Virus record (IMG/VR): IMGVR_UViG_3300050336_000030
From: a virus
Taxonomy: Duplodnaviria; Caudoviricetes
Strand: one strand, 5' to 3'
Length of the DNA stretch: 64,000 bases
In this document: piece by piece, positions 1 through 11,000 of the stretch
Position numbering within the stretch: position 1 is the stretch's first letter
Layout: each line of letters starts with the position of its first letter
The notes under the pieces: model-generated
The model's database searches: none
Told to the model about the DNA's origin: nothing
What the model saw: only the letters and a program-made list of their open reading frames with translations
Translations under genes and position numbers: made by a program

Positions 1-2462
1 ATTATATTTTTTTCATTTGATTTAATACGTTGTTTTTTACATAATTTCGAATAATTACTCAAACTAGTTTTATATTCGTTGTATATTTTACTTACTTTCT
101 CATATAAATCTTTAGAATATTCTGTATCACTTTTTAAAATTGAATAATCAAATTCGCTTCCATTGTTAAATCTAAAATTGTCAAACTTACTTTCTATTTT
201 CCAACATATTTTATTTATTATACAAGGATTCATACCTAAAGGAATTTTTTTATAATAGTAATAAATAAATTTTTCTTCTTCTTTTGTCTTTTTTTCTTTA
301 GATAGCAATTCGTCAAAAGTAATCCCAAATTGCATGATACATTTATCATTGTTATTCTGTTTGTAATCTTCATATTTATGTTTTTCTTTTGGATATATAT
401 ATTGCATAAAGTAAGGTTTTTTATCTGCAATTATAGTGCGATTAATTACATTATTTTTATTTTGCTTTGAAGAATAATTACTGTTATATTTATTTGATAT
501 CCAATTGTGCCATTCTTCAGGCATAGGATTAGATTCAATTCCTTTGGTCTTGTCAATTGCATTTTGCTGATATAATTGACCACATTTAATCCTATAATCC
601 AAAATATTATATTCTCTAGTATTTGGCTTATATTGTGATTGTACCTCAATCATAGATGTGATTTTATTAGTAATTTCACCAACAGCATTACCAAAACTAT
701 TTATATTTGCTTGTATAAAACTATCTTCTGTTGGTACGCACTTAGGGGCTTTGCGTTGCTCACATATAATTGCCGGTAATATTTTTGTGTTTTCAACAAT
801 AAGCGGCATTGACACATTTATGACACAATCTCCATCTTTGTCCAACCCATTCATTGCATGTGCCGATGTATCCCAACTATTAAAAATACTAATAGTTTTC
901 ATATATTTATAAAATTCATCCATTTCTTCATTATGTACGATTTCAAATACTCTAATATTATTATGACATGTCATTGGTGCTCTAAAACTTGCTATTTTAT
1001 TTACTTCTTTATCTAACCAATACTTTGAATACATTTGTCCAGCCTTTAATAATCCTGTAACTTTTAATCCAAACATAGACTGACATAATGAATATGGATC
1101 TCCACTTACTAATGAATAATTAGCTGGAACATTCAAAACTCCTACTTTCGCTTCATTAATTCTTTTTCGTATCATTGAATGTATCCTATTCCTAACAAAA
1201 GGATCATTCATCATACGTTTATCAATCATAAGAGCTGTAGAAAAATCATTATCCAAATGTTGTACATTGATTTTATTTAATTCAGTGCCTTTTATATAAA
1301 GTAAAGTTTTCCTATAATCACCGCTTAAAATATCGTATATTTCATTAATAGTAGATTCGATCAATTCATCAATTTGTTCATCTGTAAAATCATAGCTCTG
1401 TAAAAATTGGTAATTCATAGTACGTTCATTTTCCAATTCTTCTTCTGAGGCTTTTGTAATTGAAAAAGTATAATTATTCTTTTTGCAATTATACAGGTAC
1501 ATGTATATTGACTGATATGAATCCCATAATTTTAACATAGACTCCGTTAAAACTAACTCTATTCTATCTATATGATGCCAGGCGCCCCAAACATCCTGAA
1601 TATATTTTATGCCGTTATCCCGTGCAAATTTTTGAAAGTCAACGCAAAATACAGCCCCCTTACAAAAACTATTCCGTATAACACATCCAGATAGAATATA
1701 ATCTTCTTCAATATCATTACTCCATCGCTCCATTAGTGATGGCATGGCAAGTCCATAACCATCACTATCATTTAATTCTATATAATCATTTATTAATTGC
1801 ATTTTTGGTTGTTTCATATTGCTATCATCTAATTTAATATAATCTGTTTTAAATTTGGTAATACAATCTTTTACAACAACAATTCCTTTTGGCATAGAAA
1901 CAGGGGTAGAAGCACTACATGTTAATGCTTGGTAAGCTTCTAATTTTGCAGGAGAGAACTCTTTACTTTTATCTCTTCCATTATCAATACGCCTTTTAAG
2001 CTCAGGTAATAATTTTTCATTTACAAAAACTATAGTTGAATTTTTAACACCTCCAGTTGTTCCTAATAAACGCCTATAAGTAATATCGTTAATTATGAAT
2101 CCATTTTTACATATTTTTTGATAATCTTTTAATTTATCTATGACAACACACATGTAATCTGGTTTAAATAATAAATCATCTAGCTGTTTATAATACATTT
2201 TTATTTCATTTTGTGTTTGCCTTATGTTTGGATTTCTTTTTAGCTTTTTTATTCTGTTTTTAATGAAACTAATTGTTATTTCTGGATTAAATACATCGTT
2301 AACTTCATCAATAAACCTTAAAATTTGATTATCGCTTAATGCTATCAATTCATTATTTACTCTAGCTTCATCTATTGACATATTTATATTCCAATCAGCC
2401 CTTCTTAAACGAGAAGAATGAACTTTTAAAATATATCTTTGCGAGGTTAGTTGTTTGGACAT
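1..2462 (-). CDS. yonO: YonO-like single-subunit (double-psi beta-barrel) phage RNA polymerase, C-terminus beyond window edge
   Basis: Hand translation from ATG 2462 (RBS GAGGAGG): MSKQLTSQRYILKVHSSRL...GTTGGVKNSTIVF...DSDGYG...FRAPMT...NGLDKDGD. Catalytic DxDGD at 828-842; frame runs open to position 1. Confidence 0.9.
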   Translation of the reverse strand, partial: MSKQLTSQRYILKVHSSRLRRADWNINMSIDEARVNNELIALSDNQILRFIDEVNDVFNPEITISFIKNRIKKLKRNPNIRQTQNEIKMYYKQLDDLLFKPDYMCVVIDKLKDYQKICKNGFIINDITYRRLLGTTGGVKNSTIVFVNEKLLPELKRRIDNGRDKSKEFSPAKLEAYQALTCSASTPVSMPKGIVVVKDCITKFKTDYIKLDDSNMKQPKMQLINDYIELNDSDGYGLAMPSLMERWSNDIEEDYILSGCVIRNSFCKGAVFCVDFQKFARDNGIKYIQDVWGAWHHIDRIELVLTESMLKLWDSYQSIYMYLYNCKKNNYTFSITKASEEELENERTMNYQFLQSYDFTDEQIDELIESTINEIYDILSGDYRKTLLYIKGTELNKINVQHLDNDFSTALMIDKRMMNDPFVRNRIHSMIRKRINEAKVGVLNVPANYSLVSGDPYSLCQSMFGLKVTGLLKAGQMYSKYWLDKEVNKIASFRAPMTCHNNIRVFEIVHNEEMDEFYKYMKTISIFNSWDTSAHAMNGLDKDGDCVINVSMPLIVENTKILPAIICEQRKAPKCVPTEDSFIQANINSFGNAVGEITNKITSMIEVQSQYKPNTREYNILDYRIKCGQLYQQNAIDKTKGIESNPMPEEWHNWISNKYNSNYSSKQNKNNVINRTIIADKKPYFMQYIYPKEKHKYEDYKQNNNDKCIMQFGITFDELLSKEKKTKEEEKFIYYYYKKIPLGMNPCIINKICWKIESKFDNFRFNNGSEFDYSILKSDTEYSKDLYEKVSKIYNEYKTSLSNYSKLCKKQRIKSNEKNI

Positions 2463-3895
2463 TCATTTTCCTCCTCATTTCTTAATATAAAAACATGTCT
2501 AAATACACTTTCTTTCCCATCATTCATAATTATATAATTATAAATTTCATTCATTGATTTTTGTAATTTTTCAATTATATAATTTAAAATACATTCTTGT
2601 GAAATATCATCAAAATTAAATATACTCACCCAAAAATAATCTTCATGATTGTAATTATATGCATTTTTGATTTTTATATAAATTTTATAACCATCTTTCC
2701 AATTGGAAGTTTTTGGCTTTTCAAAATTCAATTCCCAAATTGAATTTATTATTTGTAAATTAATATTGAATAATACTTCATCTATTTCTTTACAAAATAT
2801 TGGATATTTTAATTCTCTATCGTATATCTCATCTGCCTCATTTTTTATTTTATTAATAACATTTTTTATTTTTGAATATCTAAAAATCCATTCTCTTGAA
2901 TGATACCATTTAGACAAATCCTTATTCGTCATTAATGACTTATAATTACAATAAATATAAAATCCTTCCCTATCTATAAACTGTACTCTATTAATTATTA
3001 CGTTTTCAGGAAACATATTTTTGATATTTGTTTCTGTGAATTCAGTCCGTAAACATGAATTAATTATATCTCTAAATGAATCATTATAATCTTTAACACA
3101 TGACATTTTTTTAACTATATTAAAACAAACTTCTTTATCTTCATTTGGAAGATTATTAAACGAATATAATAATTTTTTAAAATTAGTTCCATGAGTTTTA
3201 AAATTTTGAAGTTCATTCCAAAACCAATCAAGTCTTTCCCACATAATTTTATAATTTAATTTATCTTGGCGTTTCCATTCAAGTTTTCTTTTGGCAATAG
3301 TTTCATCATAATCTGATTTTGTATATAATTTAATAAAGCATTTACCATCAGAATAAATCAGATTAAATTCTGGAATATCGTATGAAAATTTTTGATTAAT
3401 AAAATATCTAACATCAACTTCTACTACGTCGTTTCCTAATTCATCCCACTTTGGAATATAGTGTTCAGTCTTTTTATTTGTATTTTTAATTTCAAAAAAG
3501 AATGTTTTGTCTTCTTTTGTATAAACCGTAATGTCTGGCCTGTAATCACCAAACTTAGTATGATATGTTTTCTCTGTTTCAATTTTTTCTACCGTATAAT
3601 TTTGTTCATTAATTCTCAATTTACACCCAGATTCAAATAACCATGTTTTACATATGAAATGAACAAAAGTTTCATCATTACATCCTCCTGTCTCATGATA
3701 ATAATGTGCTTGTACTTGATATTCTCTGTCATCCTTATATGCTCTTGGCTTTATAATTCCTCTACAACAAGGACAATAATATACGGTATTTTCATTTGCA
3801 TCTTTTATGTGTATGTAATTTGCGTCTTCACCAAGTGAATCTAATGCTACTATGAGTTGCGGTAAATCTTTATACATGTCTTTGTATTCTTCCAT
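2447..3895 (-). CDS. CoiA-like PD-(D/E)XK nuclease-domain protein
   Basis: YYCPCC zinc knuckle, E-x-x-x-H, RPD-ITV...FFEIK motif. Confidence 0.6.
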   Translation of the reverse strand: MEEYKDMYKDLPQLIVALDSLGEDANYIHIKDANENTVYYCPCCRGIIKPRAYKDDREYQVQAHYYHETGGCNDETFVHFICKTWLFESGCKLRINEQNYTVEKIETEKTYHTKFGDYRPDITVYTKEDKTFFFEIKNTNKKTEHYIPKWDELGNDVVEVDVRYFINQKFSYDIPEFNLIYSDGKCFIKLYTKSDYDETIAKRKLEWKRQDKLNYKIMWERLDWFWNELQNFKTHGTNFKKLLYSFNNLPNEDKEVCFNIVKKMSCVKDYNDSFRDIINSCLRTEFTETNIKNMFPENVIINRVQFIDREGFYIYCNYKSLMTNKDLSKWYHSREWIFRYSKIKNVINKIKNEADEIYDRELKYPIFCKEIDEVLFNINLQIINSIWELNFEKPKTSNWKDGYKIYIKIKNAYNYNHEDYFWVSIFNFDDISQECILNYIIEKLQKSMNEIYNYIIMNDGKESVFRHVFILRNEEENECPNN

Positions 3896-4024
3896 TTAAT
3901 TCTCCTCTCAATTTTAATATAATACATTAAGTACCATAAAACTATCACTTAACCACTATTGTAAAAATCAAATTCCCTAAACACAGATAAATCCTTAACC
4001 ATTTCCAATATGGTACCATCCTTT

Positions 4025-4819
4025 CTATTTTTCGGTGTTTTGATCAAACTTCTTCTTTAAATACTTAAACTCTTTTATATAATCAATCCCCCATTGTAAC
4101 TCTTTTTCGTAATTATAATTATCATCAATAATGAAGCTTCCATTTTCAGTATTCTTTTTATACTTATATTTATTAACAAACAGTGTAACTTCCGTATGCC
4201 AATTATCATTTTCATCTTTCCATCGTGGCAACTCATAAGACTTAATAATATTCATTTCATTCAATATTTTTACCGACCTGGATATATACCTGTTGCTTAA
4301 ACCGATATCTTTCTCAATATTGATATACATCCGGTAACAAAATTCAGGTTTATCTGATTCATTGCCAATATAATATTCTTGCCTACGCAACATATTGACT
4401 CGCAAGTAAGAGAGTACAAGCAGTAGAATGGAAGAGTTCATTCTATTTGTATCTTCTGTATATTTTTTAAAGTCTCTTATCTTTTGAATTTCATTAAAGT
4501 AAATAATTGCAAAACTATTTGGAACATCAAACTTATCATTGTTAATAACGGCTTCGCAAAACAAATTTGATAAAATATTTCCATTAACCGTTATGTATTC
4601 ATTATTAACTAATCCATTTATGCATTGTGTGACTTGGTCATTAATTTTATTTTTATGATAATCAACTGAATGACCACACCACCCAACTATATTATTACAA
4701 GAAAACCCAACAGTATCATCAAACCCTCTTTTTGAAGCAAAATAAGAATATACCATAACATATTTCTCTTTAAAATCTTTAGTATAAATTATTTCTCTTG
4801 GTATTAATATGTAATTGAT
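4025..4819 (-). CDS. Putative winged-helix/Rep-like DNA-binding protein (ORF-track start 4756; frame extends to an ATC at 4819 behind GGAGG)
   Basis: Two HTH-like segments; upstream in-frame INYILIPREII with an RBS 8 nt before the ATC. Confidence 0.5.
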   Translation of the reverse strand: MNYILIPREIIYTKDFKEKYVMVYSYFASKRGFDDTVGFSCNNIVGWCGHSVDYHKNKINDQVTQCINGLVNNEYITVNGNILSNLFCEAVINNDKFDVPNSFAIIYFNEIQKIRDFKKYTEDTNRMNSSILLLVLSYLRVNMLRRQEYYIGNESDKPEFCYRMYINIEKDIGLSNRYISRSVKILNEMNIIKSYELPRWKDENDNWHTEVTLFVNKYKYKKNTENGSFIIDDNYNYEKELQWGIDYIKEFKYLKKKFDQNTEK

Positions 4820-4852
4820 TTTTACACCCTCCCTATAACTGTAAATTTATGT

Positions 4853-4924
4853 ATATTTTAATTTAGGTACATTCACCAATGGTCTAAAATAAAAAATATT
4901 TTAATTTAGGACATTGAAAATGGC
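4853..4924. repeat. Two imperfect direct repeats ATATTTTAATTTAGG(T)ACATT..AATGG, possibly iterons or operators
   Basis: Copies at about 4853 and 4897. Confidence 0.5.
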
Positions 4925-5073
4925 ACTTTGGTTACACTCATAAACTATATATACAAATATAACTATAGATTACTTTTTGCTACGCAATCGAAATAAACTT
5001 TTTGCATCTATTTCTTGTTTTATTTTTACCATACCATTTCTCCTTTCTGATTAATTTTATCATATTTCGAATA

Positions 5074-5178
5074 GTATCATATAACTATCACTGTAACCTT
5101 TTTCTTTGTAATATTCTATCCCTACACTTATAGAATACCACAGCAAAACTACTTTGTCAATACGTTTCATATAACTAA
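5074..5178 (-). promoter_or_regulatory. Leftward sigma-A promoter flanked by two phage operator copies; drives the operon containing the RNAP
   Basis: Minus strand TTAGTTATATGAAACGtaTTGACA-N14-TGgTATTCT; second operator copy at 5074-5091. Confidence 0.7.
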
Positions 5179-5225
5179 TACATAAAATTTTTTAATGAGC
5201 GTAAGTTTCCCTACACCCATAATGA

Positions 5226-5807
5226 TTATAATTTGAAGTTGCTGAAGTCTGTATTTATGATTTTGTACTTTACATTACATTTCTCTGGTAACTTTATATT
5301 ATCTCCAATTATAAATATCATTGGCATGATAGGGTAGTGGTTCTTGTAATTTCCACTTATATAAAATTTTTCATATTTGTTATAATTAAATCCTTTATGG
5401 CTTATTTCTACTTCAAGTAATCCTACATCAAGTTTTCCATTGTATCTGTAACCAAATACTGCATCAGGTCTTATATCATCGTATACGGGTTCTATCTTAA
5501 AATTTAATATTTCTGCTTTCTTGTGAAGTTCTCTGTAAAAATCCGTTACCAATATGCTATGTCTTAGCTGCTTAGGTAATGTTTTCTTTGTGTGATAGAT
5601 ATATTCTTGTGATACAAAATCTCTGGTACGTCTAATCATCTTTTCTTTATATATCATCGCTAATCTCTTATAACATGATCTTACACTTGGAAAGAATACT
5701 TCAGCTATTGTAGAGGTAGTAGCTACTTTATAGTTGTTTATAAAGTTAATTATCTCGTAATCTCTACTTGTCATCATGGCCTCTATCCTTTCATCAAAAA
5801 TTTTCAA
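5226..5807 (-). CDS. Replication-relaxation (Replic_Relax) family protein
   Basis: N-terminal wHTH (TSRDYEII), H..LV.DFY and IRPDA...LLEVE nuclease motifs; directly downstream of FtsK. Confidence 0.75.
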   Translation of the reverse strand: MKIFDERIEAMMTSRDYEIINFINNYKVATTSTIAEVFFPSVRSCYKRLAMIYKEKMIRRTRDFVSQEYIYHTKKTLPKQLRHSILVTDFYRELHKKAEILNFKIEPVYDDIRPDAVFGYRYNGKLDVGLLEVEISHKGFNYNKYEKFYISGNYKNHYPIMPMIFIIGDNIKLPEKCNVKYKIINTDFSNFKL

Positions 5808-7029
5808 TTACCTGTAATAATTCATCATCTGTAGTGATTTTTTCATTTAACATAAATGCTTTGTTAATATAGGTATGTTTAATCAGTTCCTTACATTGTT
5901 CTATATCCAAATAAGGACATTGTATCTCAGTAATTTTCCCTCCACGTTTAAATTTACCATGACCATTTCCATGTAATTTTTCTAATCCAGTTTCATCAAT
6001 AATAATGCTGCTATTTGTTCCATTGAGTGTTTTTAACCCTAATACGTTGCCTATATTGACCTTTATTCCTCCAGTTACAACTTTAGAATCTGGTCTTTGC
6101 GTTGCAATTATAACATGTATACCACAACTTCTCGCTTTTCTCCCAAGTTCTTCTATTAGAGATAAACCATCTTTATTGTATTGTAAATCAGCAAATTCAT
6201 CTATTATTAGAATTTGATAATCAATTTTTGTATCTTTAAATTTACTATTATAACCTTTGATTCCAGTTACTCCAACACTATAAAAAAGATTGCTTCTTCG
6301 TTCAACCTCAATACATAATTCTTGTAATATTTTTTTTGCCTCACTAATATTACGCGAAAAACTTATTACTTGTTTTGACTTTGAAAATACAGAAAATTCA
6401 ACCCCCATTTTAAGATCTATTAAATGAAGTTTAATGTTAGTTGTAAGTAAAATATTAGTTATAATCGATCTAATTATTGTGCTCTTTCCTGATCCTGTTT
6501 CTCCGGCTATAAGCATATGTGGTTCTCCATCGGATAGGTCACATGTAATTAATTCTCCCCGTCTATCATATCCGATAATGATTGGCACATCACCTTTAAT
6601 CTTAATGGGAGAGTAGTGGTAATTGGATTTTAATTTCTCATTATATTCTTCAATGTATATTTCTTTATAAGTATATTTGATATCTATATCTTTTCCCACA
6701 TATTGCTCTATAGCTTCTTTTTTATCAAGAAAGTCCGTTAATGATAATCCACATGGCAGTGTAAATTTATAAATGGTACTGTAATCTGTTTTGTGTTTGC
6801 TTTTGAATATTGGGTATGCAATTCCTATTCCTAAGTCAAGATTCTTAAATATCTTATTGTATTTACTCCAAGTCCATCCATAATAAGCTAATCCAGCAAC
6901 ACCACTTGCGTTTAGCATATAACTAATCGGTGCAAATGGTGGATAGAGTGCAGATATAAATGCTCCACCTATAATGCAATAAATACTGGTTTCAATAAGT
7001 GAATCTTTCTTATCTTTTTTACTTGCCAT
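5794..7029 (-). CDS. FtsK/SpoIIIE-domain ATPase with N-terminal membrane anchor
   Basis: PHMLIAGETGSGKS, LIDLK, LIIDEFADL, ARSCGIHVIIATQRP. Confidence 0.9.
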   Translation of the reverse strand: MASKKDKKDSLIETSIYCIIGGAFISALYPPFAPISYMLNASGVAGLAYYGWTWSKYNKIFKNLDLGIGIAYPIFKSKHKTDYSTIYKFTLPCGLSLTDFLDKKEAIEQYVGKDIDIKYTYKEIYIEEYNEKLKSNYHYSPIKIKGDVPIIIGYDRRGELITCDLSDGEPHMLIAGETGSGKSTIIRSIITNILLTTNIKLHLIDLKMGVEFSVFSKSKQVISFSRNISEAKKILQELCIEVERRSNLFYSVGVTGIKGYNSKFKDTKIDYQILIIDEFADLQYNKDGLSLIEELGRKARSCGIHVIIATQRPDSKVVTGGIKVNIGNVLGLKTLNGTNSSIIIDETGLEKLHGNGHGKFKRGGKITEIQCPYLDIEQCKELIKHTYINKAFMLNEKITTDDELLQVIENF

Positions 7030-7037
7030 AAAACCTC

Positions 7038-7322
7038 CTATTCAAAAACACCTAATAGAGTATCAATACCATTTTCATTTATTGGCAGGTTATTATTTAA
7101 CACTGGCCTATAACTATAATTTTTATTATATTCGTGCGGATTTTCCTCTCGTTCTAATTTTTCCATTGCAGCTTCTTTTAACCAACCACTAACATCAATA
7201 AAATTACATCTTTTTTCTATACGAAAATATAATTCCAATTCTTTTGGTTTTCTTTTAAATGATACTTCAATAACCGGATTTCTATCACTCTCTGGATTCC
7301 ATATTTTATTTTTATTTCTCAT
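7038..7322 (-). CDS. Putative ParR-like adaptor/DNA-binding protein
   Basis: Small ORF directly after ParM; RHH-like N-terminus (VSF...ELELY...SGWLKEA) and disordered tail. Confidence 0.55.
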   Translation of the reverse strand: MRNKNKIWNPESDRNPVIEVSFKRKPKELELYFRIEKRCNFIDVSGWLKEAAMEKLEREENPHEYNKNYSYRPVLNNNLPINENGIDTLLGVFE

Positions 7323-7324
7323 AA

Positions 7325-8245
7325 CTACCTCCTAGTACAGAATACTTGTGGCTGATTGAGAATATTACCAAATTTTTGTAATCCCACTTTGTAATAGCCT
7401 AATGCATTTGAAAATTGTGAATTTGGCATTAATTTGACTGACGGGAAGTACTGTTTAAACAATTCATAGAATATAATTGCACTTCCACCACAGAGGTAGA
7501 TTTGTGTACTGGTAGACGGATAGTTTAATTGGAACTCTTTTATAATAGGATTTAAATATTGTTTTAATGTTGGAATTAAGAAATCGTTAGATACTTTTTC
7601 ACCATAAATGGTAAGGCCGTTAACAAGAATGTTTTCTGCATATTGAATATCATAAGCCAAGTTATACTTCTCGTTTACCTGGTTAATTATCTTGGAATAT
7701 ATTTTTTGTATGCCTTGCATCCAAGTATCATATTTGTGTAAGATTGGATTCCCATACATTATTTCTAAGTACGCAATATCAATTGACATTCCACCAAAGT
7801 CAAAGATAATAATATTTCCACTTACATCTTGTAGACTTAATAATGCTCCGATTCCTTGTGGCATAACCAATACATCATTAATTTGAAATTTAAATGGCTT
7901 ATCTTTGTAGATGACTTCACAGTTGTTATATCCGAGTATCATTTTCTTGAATTTATCTTTCTGAGATTTTAATTGGCTTATGGGTAATCCAACAACTAAG
8001 TAATAATCATCTGATCCGGTAAGTGCTAAGTTAGTAAGCGTAGTAACTTTGTTCATTTCTGAATCTGATTTGTCGAATTGTATATTTCTGTCACCAGCTC
8101 CGACGGAGTAATCAACTCCATCAATGGTTATAAAAGCGGAACTTCCCATTGTGATTCCTGACTTTGTATAAGCGGAACGAAATATCCTCATTTCATTATC
8201 TTTGGTGTATAAGTATCCATGGTCTAATCCTTTAATTTTACTCAT
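7325..8245 (-). CDS. parM: ParM/StbA actin-like partition ATPase
   Basis: GLDHGYLYTK, VVGLP, VMPQG, IFDFGGMSID, LCGGSA, QFSNALGY actin-fold motifs. Confidence 0.9.
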   Translation of the reverse strand: MSKIKGLDHGYLYTKDNEMRIFRSAYTKSGITMGSSAFITIDGVDYSVGAGDRNIQFDKSDSEMNKVTTLTNLALTGSDDYYLVVGLPISQLKSQKDKFKKMILGYNNCEVIYKDKPFKFQINDVLVMPQGIGALLSLQDVSGNIIIFDFGGMSIDIAYLEIMYGNPILHKYDTWMQGIQKIYSKIINQVNEKYNLAYDIQYAENILVNGLTIYGEKVSNDFLIPTLKQYLNPIIKEFQLNYPSTSTQIYLCGGSAIIFYELFKQYFPSVKLMPNSQFSNALGYYKVGLQKFGNILNQPQVFCTRR

Positions 8246-8417
8246 ACTGCCTCCTTACATGAATTTTCATGAAAAATCCTGTAATTAATCTTGATTTATA
8301 CTTTAATCTATGCCTATATGAGAGATTAGTTTACTAAATTTCATGAAATTTATAGAAATCAGCATAGTGCTTGTATGATTTTGTCCTTTTTGTTCATAAT
8401 ACCGATGAGGTGATAAC

Positions 8418-8963
8418 ATGTTGATATATTCAATTGCAATGATAATATTAATTATGTTTGTAATCTGGATCATAAACCATAAGCAGTATAAAGCAAATAA
8501 GCCAATTGGTGACATTGGGGAGAGTATAGTTAAAAATAGATTGAGTGTGCTAGTGGATGATTATGTCGTTGAACATAATGTTCATTTGGGGAAAGCTCAG
8601 ATAGATCATCTTGTAATTAACCATGGAGTTAAAATTGTATTTGTTATAGAAACAAAATTGTGGGGAGGTATTATTACCGGAAGTAGTAGTGATGATTACT
8701 GGAGACAGGATAAAAATGGGGTAATAAGATATTTTGATAATCCAATAAAACAGAATAATTATCATTGCAGCGTAGTGAGAAAATATTATTCTGGGTATAA
8801 GGTTTATAATGTAGTAGTGTTTGTTAAGAATAACAATGTACCTAAATCAAAATGTATTATTGGTGTAAATGATTTGGTTAATTATATTATTGGGATGACT
8901 AATAAGGTGTCTAATAGGGGTGGAATAGAGGTAGAAACAGACTGGTTGACCAAGAGGGTGTAG
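8418..8963 (+). CDS. Membrane-anchored NERD nuclease-related domain protein
   Basis: TM helix then GDIGE, QIDHLVI, FVIETK, NPIKQN..H. Confidence 0.85.
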   Translation: MLIYSIAMIILIMFVIWIINHKQYKANKPIGDIGESIVKNRLSVLVDDYVVEHNVHLGKAQIDHLVINHGVKIVFVIETKLWGGIITGSSSDDYWRQDKNGVIRYFDNPIKQNNYHCSVVRKYYSGYKVYNVVVFVKNNNVPKSKCIIGVNDLVNYIIGMTNKVSNRGGIEVETDWLTKRV

Positions 8964-11000
8964 ATATTAGAAATACTATATTATTATTTTAATTTTGAAT
9001 CCTTATTGGCGTTTTTGCTACTGGTGGTACTATTTCATTTTTTTAAAATCAAAAAAAATCTCACGCGCGATAACACCTTCATTATGTAATCATGGTTGTG
9101 AGCCATTTTTATTATCTAGGTATAGTATTTAACATTTTAAAGATTTTATACGCTCTAAAGAATGATTAGAAATAAATAAGCATTCATTTTGGTTATGTTA
9201 TAGGTGTAATTTTAAACTATTGGATTAAATTTGAGTTTTAAGGGGTTGTTTTCTATTTTTAGTGGTGAGGTATATTAATTATCCTTAAAAGGATTTAAAT
9301 TGAAATTTGGGTTCATTTTCTGTGATTTAATACATAGATTACTAATTTTGGTGATGTGAGTATGTGGAGAGTTTAATTTCTAAGAGAATAGTGCATTGAT
9401 TCTTATGTTTATGAGCTAAATTTGATTTATCATTCTTGGAAGTGTTTCATATTGATAATATCAATGTTTATTTCTTTGTATATAAGTCATAGAGGCTCTA
9501 AAATGGTTTAGGTGGGTATTTTATTGTCTGTATAGGTAAAATCGATTCTAGGGTTGATTATAATTAAATTTTATAAGAAAAAGGTAATTTAATAAGTGGG
9601 TTATATATGGAACGGATGGTATATTGGATTGGGGAGTGAGTGTTATATGTAAAATATACTCCCTACTTCGATATGCTTCGGTGATGGTACATAGAAAATG
9701 TGGTGTAATGGCTGATTTTATGCGTGTTTAAGAGTATTATTGGATTAATTTTATGATGTGATTTATGATCAATCTGGTGCCATTTTAATGATTTTGGGTG
9801 TTGTTCGGGAGAATACAGTGTTTATAAGGGGTTGAGCGAGATTTGGGTTAGGATAATGGTAAGATAGGAGAGTAAATGATTTATATTTATGCAATTTTAC
9901 TAGTGGGCTAAAGTCGCTATTTTACTAGATTTGATTGGGATGGGTGAGGAGGAGTGTCGAACATGGTGCCGAAGGTTATTGTGATATTGCACAAATGGCT
10001 GAAAGTGGCTTAAATACTGGGGTTTCGACGTTTCAAAAGATTTGGGACGTGGAGATGGAACAGATAGGGCACTTTTTCTTTCTGGAAGCTTGCTCTAAAA
10101 TGTAAATATACCCCGGTCTAAGAATAAAATAATATGCCATAAAAGTATAGTATTATTGCATATTATCGAGTAAATATTGACTTTTGTTGAAAAAGTGTAA
10201 TTTTATATAGGTGAATCAATCAGGAATGATATAAATTTGATGTAAGAGATACTATAAATAATGACCACACTGGTCATATATCGGAGTTCGATATATTGAT
10301 TCTTTTTGACTAAATAATAAATTTTAGTCAGTATAATGAAATGGTACAATATTCACATTTTTAACTCTACCATAATCTATCAATCTCTTTATATATCACA
10401 TATCTATAATCATATCGCAATAGAAATATGACAATAGTATTATTTTCACCAACTTATAATATTATCTGTATAATCATACAGTTAATTTGCATATTTATAA
10501 TATGCTTTATATTGACTAGATTGCTAATTTCAGTCAATAAAATATTCATATTAGAAACATATTGTCACTGTATAAATTATCATATTGTATCTATAAATAT
10601 ACGTTATCATTTCATCCATAAATCAGCTCTATTAATCTTACTATTTAGTATTACATAGTAGAATATCAATCTATCATATTAACAATTCATTACTAAGTAT
10701 AAATGAGTACTAAATAAATCATCCCAATACCAGCTCTATTCACCTGATCACGTCCATTCATTTCCATTATATAATCAGGTCACACATATGCACCTTTATA
10801 ACCTCGTATACGTCTCATATAGCTATTCTATTATTCACACGATATCTAATACCTAAATTCATTTATAATCGATTCTAAGCCATACCATATATGGCGTATA
10901 AATCTATCTATATCAACCATTAACCACTACATATAGTATCCAACCATCGCATAATATAATTAGTATTTCCTGATACCATTTATCAAATAATCATTAAAAA
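8964..11000. other. Long non-coding region at the transcriptional divergence point; candidate packaging/terminal region
   Basis: No credible ORFs; G/T-rich left half switching to C/A-rich right half around 10100-10350; dispersed imperfect repeats. Confidence 0.45.

Noticed and set aside
236-912. Short ORFs listed in the track
   Set aside because: Shadows inside the long RNAP frame. Likewise most minus-strand ORFs within 13-64 kb are antisense shadows of plus-strand genes.
10428-10658. 76-aa ORF in the non-coding region
   Set aside because: No RBS; Ile-rich translation typical of AT-rich non-coding DNA.
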